A DNA stretch of 64,000 bases, taken from assembly GCA_963711565.1 (NCBI GenBank), contig CAVQEQ010000002.1, positions 224,001 through 288,000 of the forward strand, given 5' to 3'. Source of the stretch: an uncultured delta proteobacterium. GTDB lineage: Bacteria; Desulfobacterota; Binatia; Binatales; Binataceae. A program made the position numbers and the translations under genes. The notes beneath the pieces were generated by a model, which was given only the letters and a program-made list of their open reading frames with translations, had not been told where the DNA came from and searched no databases. Below are positions 19,413 to 28,205 of the stretch, piece after piece. Numbering within the stretch: position 1 is the stretch's first letter; every line of letters begins with the position of its first letter.

Positions 19413-20946
19413 ATGACCTTCCACAGCATACTCTTCGAAGGTGCTAGCAACGGTGTCTCGGCGGTACGACCAGCCGCGCCCGATTCTTTTGTCGATCTCA
19501 ATCTCGATCAGGTCGTGGCCGCTATCACCGCCGGCAAGGAAGAATATGACCTGAAACCTTTTTTCTATGCCTCCCTGCATGACGCCGACGCGATCAACTA
19601 CCGGCAGGAGGTCATGCAAGCGCTCGAAGAATGTTCCTCTCGCCGATAGCATCAGGGCCTTCGCCGCGCAGATGCATTCGATGCGGCAGTATCTGGCTCA
19701 ATCCGAGGAACTCGCGGGTCGCCAGAAAGAGCGATGGTTCCTCGATGCTGTCGATATCTATTGCGACGGGGTGACAGAACTGGTCAACAACCTATCGACT
19801 ACAGACCTGACGTCGCGTGGGCTCCTGGCTTTTCGGGAGTACGCGACCCAGTATGCTGCATCCGATCCCTTCGCGCGGCTCTTGAAGGAAACGAAAGAGC
19901 TTAAGTCCGCTCTCGCTTCAATCGAGTACTGCGTCCTTATCAACAGTCCCAACGTCCAGGTCCGCAAATACGAGGGCGAGCCCGACTACAGTGCGGATGT
20001 CCAGTCAACCTTCGAAAGGTTCAAGCAGGGTACGGTCACGGACTACAACTTCAAGTTTTTCGATTCACCTAAAATGGACCACATCGAGGAGAAGATTTTC
20101 GACCTGGTCACCCGGCTCTATCCCGAAATATTCAGTCGACTGCAATCTTACTGCGCGAGCCACAAAGATTATCCAGACTATGCGATCTTCACGTTCGACA
20201 AGGAGATCCAGTTCTATGTCGCCTACCTGGAGCATATCGCGCGATTCAAAAACGCCGGGTTGGATTTCTGTTATCCGCGAATGGACAGGACCTGCAAGGA
20301 AGTTTACAGTTCTGCGGGCTTCGATCTCGCGTTGGCCGGCGCTCTTATAAGTGAACGGGCCATCCCTGTGAGCAATGACTTTCATCTCAAGGATCGCGAG
20401 CGGATGATCGTCGTCTCCGGTCCGAATCAAGGTGGCAAGACGACCTTTGCCCGTACCTTCGGGCAGTTGCACTATCTGGCGAGCCTCGGCTGTCCGGTGC
20501 CGGGAAAAGAAGCGCGCCTGTTTCTCTTCGACCAGATCTTTACGCATTTTGAACGAGAGGAAAATGCAAACAACCTGCGCGGCAAGCTACAGGACGATCT
20601 CCTTAGAGTGCATCAAATTCTCGAGCGCGCAACCCCTGACAGCATCATCATCATGAATGAGATTTTCACCTCCACTACACTGCAAGACGCCGTCGTTCTC
20701 AGCAAGAAGATTGCCGCCAGGATAATGAAATTGGACCTCCTGTGCGTATGGGTGACGTTCGTCGAAGAGTTGGCGTCATTGAGCGAGCAGACCCTGAGCA
20801 TGGTCAGTACTGTAGTGCCCGAGAGTCCGGCGCTGCGGACTTATAAGATTGTCAGGCGCCCCGCCGACGGGCTTTCCTACGCAATGTCGATCGCGGAGAA
20901 ATATCGGGTCACATACAAGACGCTCAAGGAACGACTCGGCTCGTGA
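19413..20946 (+). pseudogene. MutS-domain-V ATPase A, split by a +1 frameshift near 19629 (pseudogene or sequencing error)
   Basis: 19413-19649 encodes the N-terminus (DLNLDQ..YRQEVMQALE); continues in another frame (NVPLADSIRAF..., Walker A GPNQGGKTT, IIIMNE). Confidence 0.75.
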
Positions 20947-22439
20947 AGGCGCATCTCCTGTACAGGGATCATGATTTCGATTTGGAGCGGCCGTTGCCCT
21001 GGAATGAAGTCGCACTGGTTAAGGATCTGTCGCTGAGCACTCTGTTCGCCGCGATGGCGCGGGGCGACCAGTTGGTCTCTGAAGTCAGCAAGCGAGTTAT
21101 CCTGCTGGGCTTCGATAACGGCCTCGAGACGATTCGCTATCGCCAGAGCGTTTTGCGGGACTGCCTCAACCAACCGTTCGTTGTCCGCGAGCTTTACGCG
21201 GTCGCAGTCGATGCGATGGAGAAGCAGAAGAGGCACTATCTTGGAATCTTCGCCCGCTACCCCGACTCGGTCCTTCGCCATTCGATCGAACTGATGGAAA
21301 CCTTCCTCAGCATGCTGAAGACCCTGCGGAAGATCACGGATTCGCACGCTGACAAGTTCGTTTCAGAGGGATGGACGGCGTTTTACGCGATGTTGCGGCG
21401 TGAGCTTGATGACGACTATTTTGCTCTCGTCGAGAATCACCTGGAACGATTGAAATTCCGCGGTGGGGTATTACTCAGCGCCAGGCTGGGTAAGGGGAAC
21501 AAGGGCGATCCCTATGTCCTCCGTGAACCGCCCTATCGAAAAGAAACGTTCCTGACGCGGCTCTTCCGACAACAATCGTCTGCTTACAGCTTCACGCTCC
21601 ATCCACGCGAAGAAAGTGGATTCAGGGCGCTATCAGAGTTACGAGACCGAGGGATAGGACTTGTCGCCAATGCGCTGGCCCGATCTACCGGACACGTGCG
21701 CAGTTTTTTCGACATGCTGCGGACGGAGCTAGCCTATTATGTGGGTTGCGTGAACCTGCACGAGGAGCTTAACCGAAAGAGAGTTTCGATGTCTTTTCCG
21801 TCGCTCGCAACCGCGGATGAGCGCAGGCTGTCCTTTCAGGGATTGTGCGATGCCTGCCTGGCGCTGAACATGGAGCAGCGGATAGTCGCCAACGACGCCG
21901 ACGCTGACAAGCGAACCGTTGTGTTCGTCACCGGCGCCAACCAGGGCGGCAAATCGACTTTTCTACGAAGCATAGGATTGGCCCAGTTGATGACGCAGTG
22001 CGGAATGTTCGTGTCCGCCGAGTCGTTATGCTCCAGCATCCGCGATGGACTCTTCACCCATTACAAAAGGGAGGAAGATACCGCCATGAAAAGCGGCAAG
22101 CTCGACGAGGAGCTCAGCCGCATGAGTGACATCGTTGACCATATCACTCCGCATTCCATGATCCTGTTCAATGAGTCCTTTGCGGCGACCAACGAGCGCG
22201 AAGGCTCGGAGATTGCCGGCCAGATCATATCCGCGCTCCTGGAAAAGCGGGTCAAGATTGTTTTCGTGACCCACCTTCATGAGTTAGCCCGCGCCTTCTA
22301 TGAGAGAGACAAGGCCGAGGTCTTGTTCTTACGGGCGGAAAGGCAGACCGACGGTGTCCGAACTTACAAGTTGCTCGAAGGAGAGCCGCTCCAGACCAGC
22401 TTCGGTGACGACTTGTACCAAAGCATTTTTGATGGCTAA
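20943..22439 (+). CDS. MutS-domain-V ATPase B (no mismatch-binding domain)
   Basis: GANQGGKSTFLRSIG, THYKREED, SGKLDEEL, LFNES, VTH; GTGA overlap with partner. Confidence 0.88.
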   Translation: MKAHLLYRDHDFDLERPLPWNEVALVKDLSLSTLFAAMARGDQLVSEVSKRVILLGFDNGLETIRYRQSVLRDCLNQPFVVRELYAVAVDAMEKQKRHYLGIFARYPDSVLRHSIELMETFLSMLKTLRKITDSHADKFVSEGWTAFYAMLRRELDDDYFALVENHLERLKFRGGVLLSARLGKGNKGDPYVLREPPYRKETFLTRLFRQQSSAYSFTLHPREESGFRALSELRDRGIGLVANALARSTGHVRSFFDMLRTELAYYVGCVNLHEELNRKRVSMSFPSLATADERRLSFQGLCDACLALNMEQRIVANDADADKRTVVFVTGANQGGKSTFLRSIGLAQLMTQCGMFVSAESLCSSIRDGLFTHYKREEDTAMKSGKLDEELSRMSDIVDHITPHSMILFNESFAATNEREGSEIAGQIISALLEKRVKIVFVTHLHELARAFYERDKAEVLFLRAERQTDGVRTYKLLEGEPLQTSFGDDLYQSIFDG

Positions 22440-24190
22440 CCTTCGAGCGTTGAAGGATGGTCCGACGCCGGCTTGACCTTTGCGCGAAGACGCTCCAGAC
22501 GTTCGAGACTCGATTTGACGGCCTCGGTTCCGGCAGCGCGCGTGGCCTCGGCGCGAGCCAGTGTGCTTTCGGCGGTGGTGCGCAATTCATTGAGCATGCC
22601 GCGGATCTCCGCCTCCAGGCGGCGCCCGCTCTCACGAACGATCACGTCGAAATCGTTCAGAATTCTTGTGCTGTTGAGCGACAGCAACGTGACCAGATAT
22701 CGCGCGACTTTCTTTTCGACGATTTCCAGCTGGCTGCGCCGGGTCCTGAAGATTCCGATGATCCGCTCCGCGACCGTCTGCCGCGGAAAACCGAAATGCT
22801 CGCCGAAGTAGAGCTTGCCCTTCACACGGAACCCGGACTCCTCGCTCACCGCCGACGGCAAATCAGACAGAAGCGAATCGCCGGACTCGGCAACCCGCTT
22901 CAGAAAATCGTTGGCGAGCTGCACGAAGCGGTGGGCGGACTCGCGGTACATCGCCTCGGCGGCGGGACGCTCCTCTTCGAGCCATTGATTGAGCAGCCGG
23001 CGTGAAATGGATTGCGCGATCTCCGTCGCGCAGTCATAAAGTGGCGACCCGCGCCCTTCGGTCGCTTGAGCGATTGCCTCGTGAAACTCTTGGCGGGCAG
23101 CCGGGATTGTGCGAGCAAGAAAGCTGTCGCGACGCTCGGTGCATCGGCGACTGACCCGTTCTTGCTCGGCCTTGAACAAATGGCTCAGATCGCCAAGCGA
23201 ACGTTCGGCGTCGGCGATCACCTCCCGCAGGCGTGACGCGATACGCTGCGACTCTTCAGCCGGCGCAATCAGCGCGTCGTGGAGGTTGTCGATTTCGCGG
23301 AGCAGGTTGCCGGTGAGCCGCTGGATGCCGCGGTTCTCCGCCGCTTCCACGAGGGCCGGGCCGGATTCGCGCGCGAGCCGTTCAAGCTCTGCCAACAGGG
23401 CCGGACCGTCGCGCGATGGACCCGCGGCGTTCAGCCATTCGGCTGCGCTGACCTGGAACACGCGTCCCACCTCGCGCTTGATCTTCTGGGCCAAAGTACG
23501 TCGCGCAAATTCAATCGCCTCGCTACACTCACTGGCGGTGAGGCGGTCCGCCTTGCTGAGCACGAACACTATCTCCTGCAGCTGGGATGCGAGCTCTTCA
23601 AGAAGAATTAGTTCCTCACCCGATATCGGCGGATCGGCGCCAAGCACGATCAGGGCGGCGTCGATGTGAGGAACGAAAGCCCTGGTGACCGCAGTATTGC
23701 CGGCGAAGACTGAGCCGATACCGGGCGTGTCCACGAGGCACATGCCGGAAGCAAGCAGCGCAGCGGGCACAAAAACTTCGACGGCGGCGACACCTCGAGA
23801 GTTTTCCGGGTTGCGCTCCTCGGAGACGTAGTCGGAGGTAGATTGCACCGAGACCTGCTGGCGCGATCCGTTTTCGAAGTGAACTTCAGCGTGAAGAATA
23901 GGCCCATACCGAACGATGGTTACGATCGCAGTGACGGGCACGACGCCGGTGGGCAGGACGGAGGTTCCGATCAACGCATTGAGGAGGCTCGACTTGCCGC
24001 GTTTGAACTGGCCGAGACAGGCGACAAAGAAGCGCTTATCGGCAACGCGCTCGGCCAGCGCGCGGGCCTCGCGCTCGACGCGCTGGCTATCCAGCTCGCT
24101 CGCGACGTCAATTAACGATAGGAGCGGAAGATGGCGCGAGATTCGTGCGTTACCCGCGAACTTCCCGGATGTATATTGCTCTTCGGGCAA
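22436..24190 (-). CDS. Bacterial dynamin-like GTPase A
   Basis: G1 GQFKRGKSS, G2 PVT, G3 DTPG, G4 SKAD; long helical stalk. Confidence 0.88.
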   Translation of the reverse strand: MPEEQYTSGKFAGNARISRHLPLLSLIDVASELDSQRVEREARALAERVADKRFFVACLGQFKRGKSSLLNALIGTSVLPTGVVPVTAIVTIVRYGPILHAEVHFENGSRQQVSVQSTSDYVSEERNPENSRGVAAVEVFVPAALLASGMCLVDTPGIGSVFAGNTAVTRAFVPHIDAALIVLGADPPISGEELILLEELASQLQEIVFVLSKADRLTASECSEAIEFARRTLAQKIKREVGRVFQVSAAEWLNAAGPSRDGPALLAELERLARESGPALVEAAENRGIQRLTGNLLREIDNLHDALIAPAEESQRIASRLREVIADAERSLGDLSHLFKAEQERVSRRCTERRDSFLARTIPAARQEFHEAIAQATEGRGSPLYDCATEIAQSISRRLLNQWLEEERPAAEAMYRESAHRFVQLANDFLKRVAESGDSLLSDLPSAVSEESGFRVKGKLYFGEHFGFPRQTVAERIIGIFRTRRSQLEIVEKKVARYLVTLLSLNSTRILNDFDVIVRESGRRLEAEIRGMLNELRTTAESTLARAEATRAAGTEAVKSSLERLERLRAKVKPASDHPSTLEG

Positions 24191-24199
24191 GGGATTTTC

Positions 24200-24730
24200 T
24201 TACCTGTCAGACTTGCGCGATGCTCGGGCGATTGCATCGCTGATGTACTCGAAGGTCTCGTCGAGTTCCATCCAGTGAGAGATTTTCTTCCGATCGCCTT
24301 CTTCAAGGTCCTTGTAGTGATTGAAGAAATGGCTGATCTGCTCATATAGAATGGCCGGGAGATCGGCCAGGGTGCGAACATTTATGTAGTAGGGGTTCAA
24401 TCTGTCCACGGGGACGGCGATGATCCTCTGGTCGTCGTCTTCCATCGCAAGCCCACCGATCGGGCGGGATCGAACGACCGCGAGCGGGACAATTGGGACC
24501 TGCGAGACGACCAGCACGTCGCACGGATCCCCATCGCGACACACAGTGTGCGGAATGAATCCGTAATTGGCGGGATAGTGCATCGGGGTATGCAGGAACC
24601 TGTCCACGAACAGCGAACCTGAAGCCGGATCGAACTCGTACTTGATCGGCGCGCCCTCTTGAGGAATCTCGATTATCACGTTGACCTCGGACGGAGGGTT
24701 GTCGCCGATTGAAATTTTGCGGATATCCAT
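24200..24730 (-). CDS. ppa: Family I inorganic pyrophosphatase (variant)
   Basis: VIIEIP, KYE, VDRFL, YPANYGFIPHT, DGDPCDVL, HFFNHYKDLE; start at ATG 24730 just after riboswitch #2. Confidence 0.9.
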   Translation of the reverse strand: MDIRKISIGDNPPSEVNVIIEIPQEGAPIKYEFDPASGSLFVDRFLHTPMHYPANYGFIPHTVCRDGDPCDVLVVSQVPIVPLAVVRSRPIGGLAMEDDDQRIIAVPVDRLNPYYINVRTLADLPAILYEQISHFFNHYKDLEEGDRKKISHWMELDETFEYISDAIARASRKSDR

Positions 24731-24756
24731 AAAAAAACTCCCACGGCGCCGCGCCG

Positions 24757-24810
24757 CAGGAGTCATCGGCCGCTCGACGAGAGCGGCAATTTTGGTGGAC
24801 TCCACCACCT
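24757..24810 (-). ncRNA. Fluoride riboswitch #2, directly upstream of ppa
   Basis: Minus strand GGTGGTGGAGTCCACC AAAATTGCC GCTC..GAGC GGCCGATGACTCCTG; followed by 12-bp hairpin, U-run and ATG. Confidence 0.85.
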
Positions 24811-24856
24811 TCGAGATCAAACTAGCAGAGCGATCGGTGCGCAGCCAAGCTTTCAC

Positions 24857-25183
24857 TCACTCCAGAAGATTGGGCAGAAGACCGCGGCGAAAAGCAGTGG
24901 CGAAGTCATAAAGGGCATCGGGCATAATAACGGACATCAGAAGAGAATCGGCGAATGAGACTCCCCAGAGTTTGGTAGCGGCTGAGGCGTGCCACGGATA
25001 GCAGAACACGATGCGACGCTCTCGGAGAATGACCAACGCGGTCATAGCCTTCGCGAGCGGGCATCGGCTGTCGGCGTCTTCCAGCGAACCGGGCGGAAAC
25101 GATTCGAGCGGCGGTTCGCCGATTTCGCGTCTTACGGCGTTGACGAGACGCAGCGCCGAGGTAACCAGTTCCGTATATTCCAT
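24857..25183 (-). CDS. Hypothetical protein (108 aa) under riboswitch #3
   Basis: MEYTELVTSALRLVNAVRREIG..CPLAKA..; start codon lies in the riboswitch expression hairpin. Confidence 0.65.
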   Translation of the reverse strand: MEYTELVTSALRLVNAVRREIGEPPLESFPPGSLEDADSRCPLAKAMTALVILRERRIVFCYPWHASAATKLWGVSFADSLLMSVIMPDALYDFATAFRRGLLPNLLE

Positions 25184-25206
25184 GACTCCGCGATCAATCG
25201 CGATCC

Positions 25207-25260
25207 AGGAGTCATTGGCCCGGCCCGGCGGCCTAAGCGGGTTCGGCGGACTCCACCGCC
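25207..25260 (-). ncRNA. Fluoride riboswitch #3
   Basis: Minus strand GGCGGTGGAGTCCGCC GAACCCGC..GCCAATGACTCCT; downstream GGAGTCAT pairs with ATGACTCC and includes the start codon. Confidence 0.82.
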
Positions 25261-25359
25261 GTCTACAATAGAGATATCCGGTTTGGCGTGACGGTGAATT
25301 GGTCTTAACCGTATTGACCATCACCTTTGGTGATCTTACCTCAATCTCTGGCAAACTGG

Positions 25360-25983
25360 ATGCCGATGACGAAAATTATCTTGATCCGCCACGGTAACGT
25401 GGAAGGTCTTAAGCCCGAGCGCTTTCGCGGACGCGCCGATCTCGAGCTGACGCCATTTGGTGTGGCCCAAGCCACCGCTACTGCTCAGAGGATCGCGGCG
25501 GCGTGGCACCCCTGCGCCATCTTTACAAGCCCTCTACGCCGATGCGTTTCGACCAGCAGGCCGATTGCCGACGCTTGCGGAGTACCCAGTGAGACGATCG
25601 ACGGACTTGTCGACCTCGACTACGGCGCTTGGCAGTGGAAAACTCACGACGAAGCGCGGCGCGAATCGCCGCAGCTATTCGACGCATGGCGCAGTGCGCC
25701 GCAGCTGGTCCGTTTTCCAGAGGGTGAATCATTGCAAGATCTGGTCGCGCGAACGTCAGACGCGTTGCGGTTCGTGCTGAACAAATACGCCGGGAACACC
25801 GTCGTTCTCGTCGGACATGACAGTGTCAACAAGGCTCTGCTCCTGCAGCTCATAGACCAGCCCCTCTCCGCCTATTGGCGCCTCGCGCAGGACTGTTGCG
25901 CAATCAACGAAATCGACATCGAGGAGACCACGATACGGGTGTCCCGGATCAACGAAACGCATCACCTCATTGGCGTGACCTGA
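25360..25983 (+). CDS. Histidine phosphatase (phosphoglycerate mutase family)
   Basis: LIRHG, TSPLRR, DLDYGAWQ, PEGES, LVGH. Confidence 0.9.
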   Translation: MPMTKIILIRHGNVEGLKPERFRGRADLELTPFGVAQATATAQRIAAAWHPCAIFTSPLRRCVSTSRPIADACGVPSETIDGLVDLDYGAWQWKTHDEARRESPQLFDAWRSAPQLVRFPEGESLQDLVARTSDALRFVLNKYAGNTVVLVGHDSVNKALLLQLIDQPLSAYWRLAQDCCAINEIDIEETTIRVSRINETHHLIGVT

Positions 25984-26057
25984 ATCGCAAACGCGAGCCC
26001 CAATGCTTCGCGGCGTTGACTCCCGAGCCAGATAGGTTATTTGATATAGTCGCAGAC

Positions 26058-26112
26058 GGTGATGGGGTTCCGCCGCTAACCGCTCCCGCTTGAGTGAGCT
26101 AATGACCCCTAC
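26058..26112 (+). ncRNA. Fluoride riboswitch #4, upstream of DUF190-CBS and crcB
   Basis: GGTGATGGGGTTCCGCC GCTAACCGC..GAGCTAATGACCCCTAC; canonical crcB context. Confidence 0.93.
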
Positions 26113-26181
26113 TCTGGTGTTGAGCACAGGTAGGGGCTTTTCTTTTGAAAGGGCTCTGCCGAAAGGTAGAGGGCCTTTTTT
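26106..26181 (+). terminator. Two tandem terminator-like hairpins in the riboswitch #4 leader
   Basis: CCCCTAC..GTAGGGG + CTTTTCTTTT (26106-26146) and CTCTGCC-GAAA-GGTAGAG + GGCCTTTTTT (26148-26181). Confidence 0.75.
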
Positions 26182-26272
26182 GATCGCAGCAGCTTGCAAT
26201 TTGCTACGCTCTCGGAAGAACCGTTCGCAGGGGCGGGCCTGCGCTTTCACAACGCCAGGAGGGCAGTGATCG

Positions 26273-27553
26273 ATGTTCACCGGAAGGGCCAAGCAGGTGA
26301 CGATCTTCATCGGCGAAACGGACCAATATCATCACCAGGCGCTGTACATGACGATCATCGAGATGCTCCGGCGTGAGGGATGCAGCGGTGCGACCGCCAC
26401 TCGGGGCGTTGCCGGGTTTGGGGCTTCATCGATGATTCACACGGCGGCTATCCTTCGGCTGTCCTTCGATCAGCCAATCGTGATCACGGTCGTGGATCGC
26501 CCCGAGCGGATCGATCGCATTCTCGGTCCGCTGCGCGAAATGGCTCCCAGCGCCCTCATCACGGTTCAGGAGGTTGAAGTCGTCCAATCGGGTGCTCCCT
26601 TCAAAGAGGGTCTACCCGACCTGAAGGTCTCGGAAGTGATGCGCCGAGAGGTCGCGACAGTGCATGCCGACAGTCCAATCACCCAGGTTATTGAGCTGCT
26701 GCTCGATAAGGACTTCACTGCGGTGCCTGTCGTCGACGACCAGGGCAAGGTGGTCGGGATGGTGAGCGACAACGATCTGCTCTTGCGCGGTGGGATGAAC
26801 GTCACGATTAGCTTGAAAAAGGCCACCGATTTGGACTACGTGCGCGAGCTTCACGAGTCGCTCGAGAACCCGAACCGTAAAGTGTCTGAGGTGATGACGC
26901 GCGAGGTCGTGACGACTGCTCCGGATACCATTCTCGCCCGAGCGGCCAGAGTGATGGTCGATAAACATCTCAAGCGCCTGCCGGTCGTGGACGGCGACGG
27001 AAAGTTGGTGGGTATCCTTGGACGCCTGGACGTGTTGAACACGATCGCGGCGGTCCATCTGCCTGAGTGGCATCCCGAGGCGCATGCCGTCGGGGCGCAG
27101 GCTACGGTGGCCGAGGTGATGAGCCGTGACGTTCCCACCGTCCATGAAAATGCCACGGTGGAACAAATTTTCGATCTGCTCGTTTCGTCAACGCACAAGC
27201 GCGTGATCGTCGTGGACGACAAGCGGCATGTAGTCGGGATCGTCGCCGACTCGGATCTCATTTCCAAAGTGAGCCGTGAGAGCTGGCCGGGGGTAATGGA
27301 AATCCTCATCTCGAAGGTCCCGCTCGGCCGGGCCAGCGTGGAGGCGCGCAAGCACATTCAGAAGTTGCGCGCCCGTTTCGCAAAAGACCTGATGACGCGT
27401 GATGTGGTTACGGTTCGCGAGAAGATGCCGGTCGCCAGCGCCTTGGCGCTCTCTGCGGAAAAGCGGGTTAAGCGGCTGCCTGTGGTCGACGGCGACGGTG
27501 AGTTGGTTGGAATCGTCGGCCGCACCGAGATGTTGAGGGCGTTGCTCGCCTGA
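26273..27553 (+). CDS. DUF190 (PII-like) domain fused to four CBS domains
   Basis: N-terminal IFIGETDQYH..GATATRGVAGFG..ILRLSFDQPI; repeated VSEVM.R.V.T / RLPVVD CBS motifs. Confidence 0.88.
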   Translation: MFTGRAKQVTIFIGETDQYHHQALYMTIIEMLRREGCSGATATRGVAGFGASSMIHTAAILRLSFDQPIVITVVDRPERIDRILGPLREMAPSALITVQEVEVVQSGAPFKEGLPDLKVSEVMRREVATVHADSPITQVIELLLDKDFTAVPVVDDQGKVVGMVSDNDLLLRGGMNVTISLKKATDLDYVRELHESLENPNRKVSEVMTREVVTTAPDTILARAARVMVDKHLKRLPVVDGDGKLVGILGRLDVLNTIAAVHLPEWHPEAHAVGAQATVAEVMSRDVPTVHENATVEQIFDLLVSSTHKRVIVVDDKRHVVGIVADSDLISKVSRESWPGVMEILISKVPLGRASVEARKHIQKLRARFAKDLMTRDVVTVREKMPVASALALSAEKRVKRLPVVDGDGELVGIVGRTEMLRALLA

Positions 27554-27580
27554 AGAAGAGGAGGAGGGATTCGGCGGCTG

Positions 27581-27952
27581 ATGGGAGTGTTGTTTGTCGC
27601 GGTAGGCGGAGCCATCGGATCCGTCACTCGCTATCTGGTCGGTGGATGGATTGCCGCTCGTTTTGGCAGTGCTTTTCCATACGGGACGCTGGTAATCAAT
27701 GTCACCGCGAGTTTCATCATCGGCTTTTTCCTGGCGTTCGCTCAGGAGCGAGTGAGCTTGAATCCGAACTGGCGCCTTTTTGTCGCGGTCGGATTCGTTG
27801 GCGGTTACTCGACGTTCTCGACCTTCGAGTATGAGGGGATTCGATTATTGCAGGAGCGGGAGATGCTGGTCGGTTCGGTCTATCTCATTGGGAGTGTGAT
27901 CGCGGGCGGCGTAGCCGCGATAGGCGGGATAGCACTCGGCAGTTGGGTTTGA
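27581..27952 (+). CDS. crcB: Fluoride channel Fluc/CrcB
   Basis: GGAIGSVTRY, FPYGTL.IN, GFVGGYSTFSTF.YE. Confidence 0.96.
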   Translation: MGVLFVAVGGAIGSVTRYLVGGWIAARFGSAFPYGTLVINVTASFIIGFFLAFAQERVSLNPNWRLFVAVGFVGGYSTFSTFEYEGIRLLQEREMLVGSVYLIGSVIAGGVAAIGGIALGSWV

Positions 27953-28015
27953 TTTCGGCGAGCGGGCTTGAGTTGACTGTGATAAAAGCACTGCTAAACT
28001 TCTGTTGACAGAGTT

Positions 28016-28072
28016 GGTGATGGGGTTCACCGCCGCAACCGCCCTTTCCTGAGCAGGGCTGATGACCCCTAC
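28016..28072 (+). ncRNA. Fluoride riboswitch #5, upstream of the Hyf/Ehr operon
   Basis: GGTGATGGGGTTCACC GCCGCAACCGCCCT..AGGGCTGATGACCCCTAC; hairpin ACCCCTACC..GGTAGGGGT TTGATT at 28065-28100; TTGACT/TAAACT promoter-like boxes at 27973/27995. Confidence 0.92.
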
Positions 28073-28205
28073 CGAGGCGTAAGCTGGTAGGGGTTTGATT
28101 AGTTCGGATTCCCTACCTGGTCATTGGAACTCTCGCGCGCGGGTCGCGCCTGCCGGAGATCATCGCGCGAGAAATAACGCCGCGCAGGAAAGAGCGTAGC
28201 GGACG

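Noticed and set aside
19361-19420. Possible seventh fluoride riboswitch before the MutS-like genes (GGGGTCGCC..TAACCGC..GATGACC)
   Set aside because: No GGYGRTGG start, no P1 or pseudoknot complementarity and no expression hairpin
19413-22439. Canonical mismatch-repair mutS
   Set aside because: Too short, no mismatch-binding domain, atypical Walker B, no mutL
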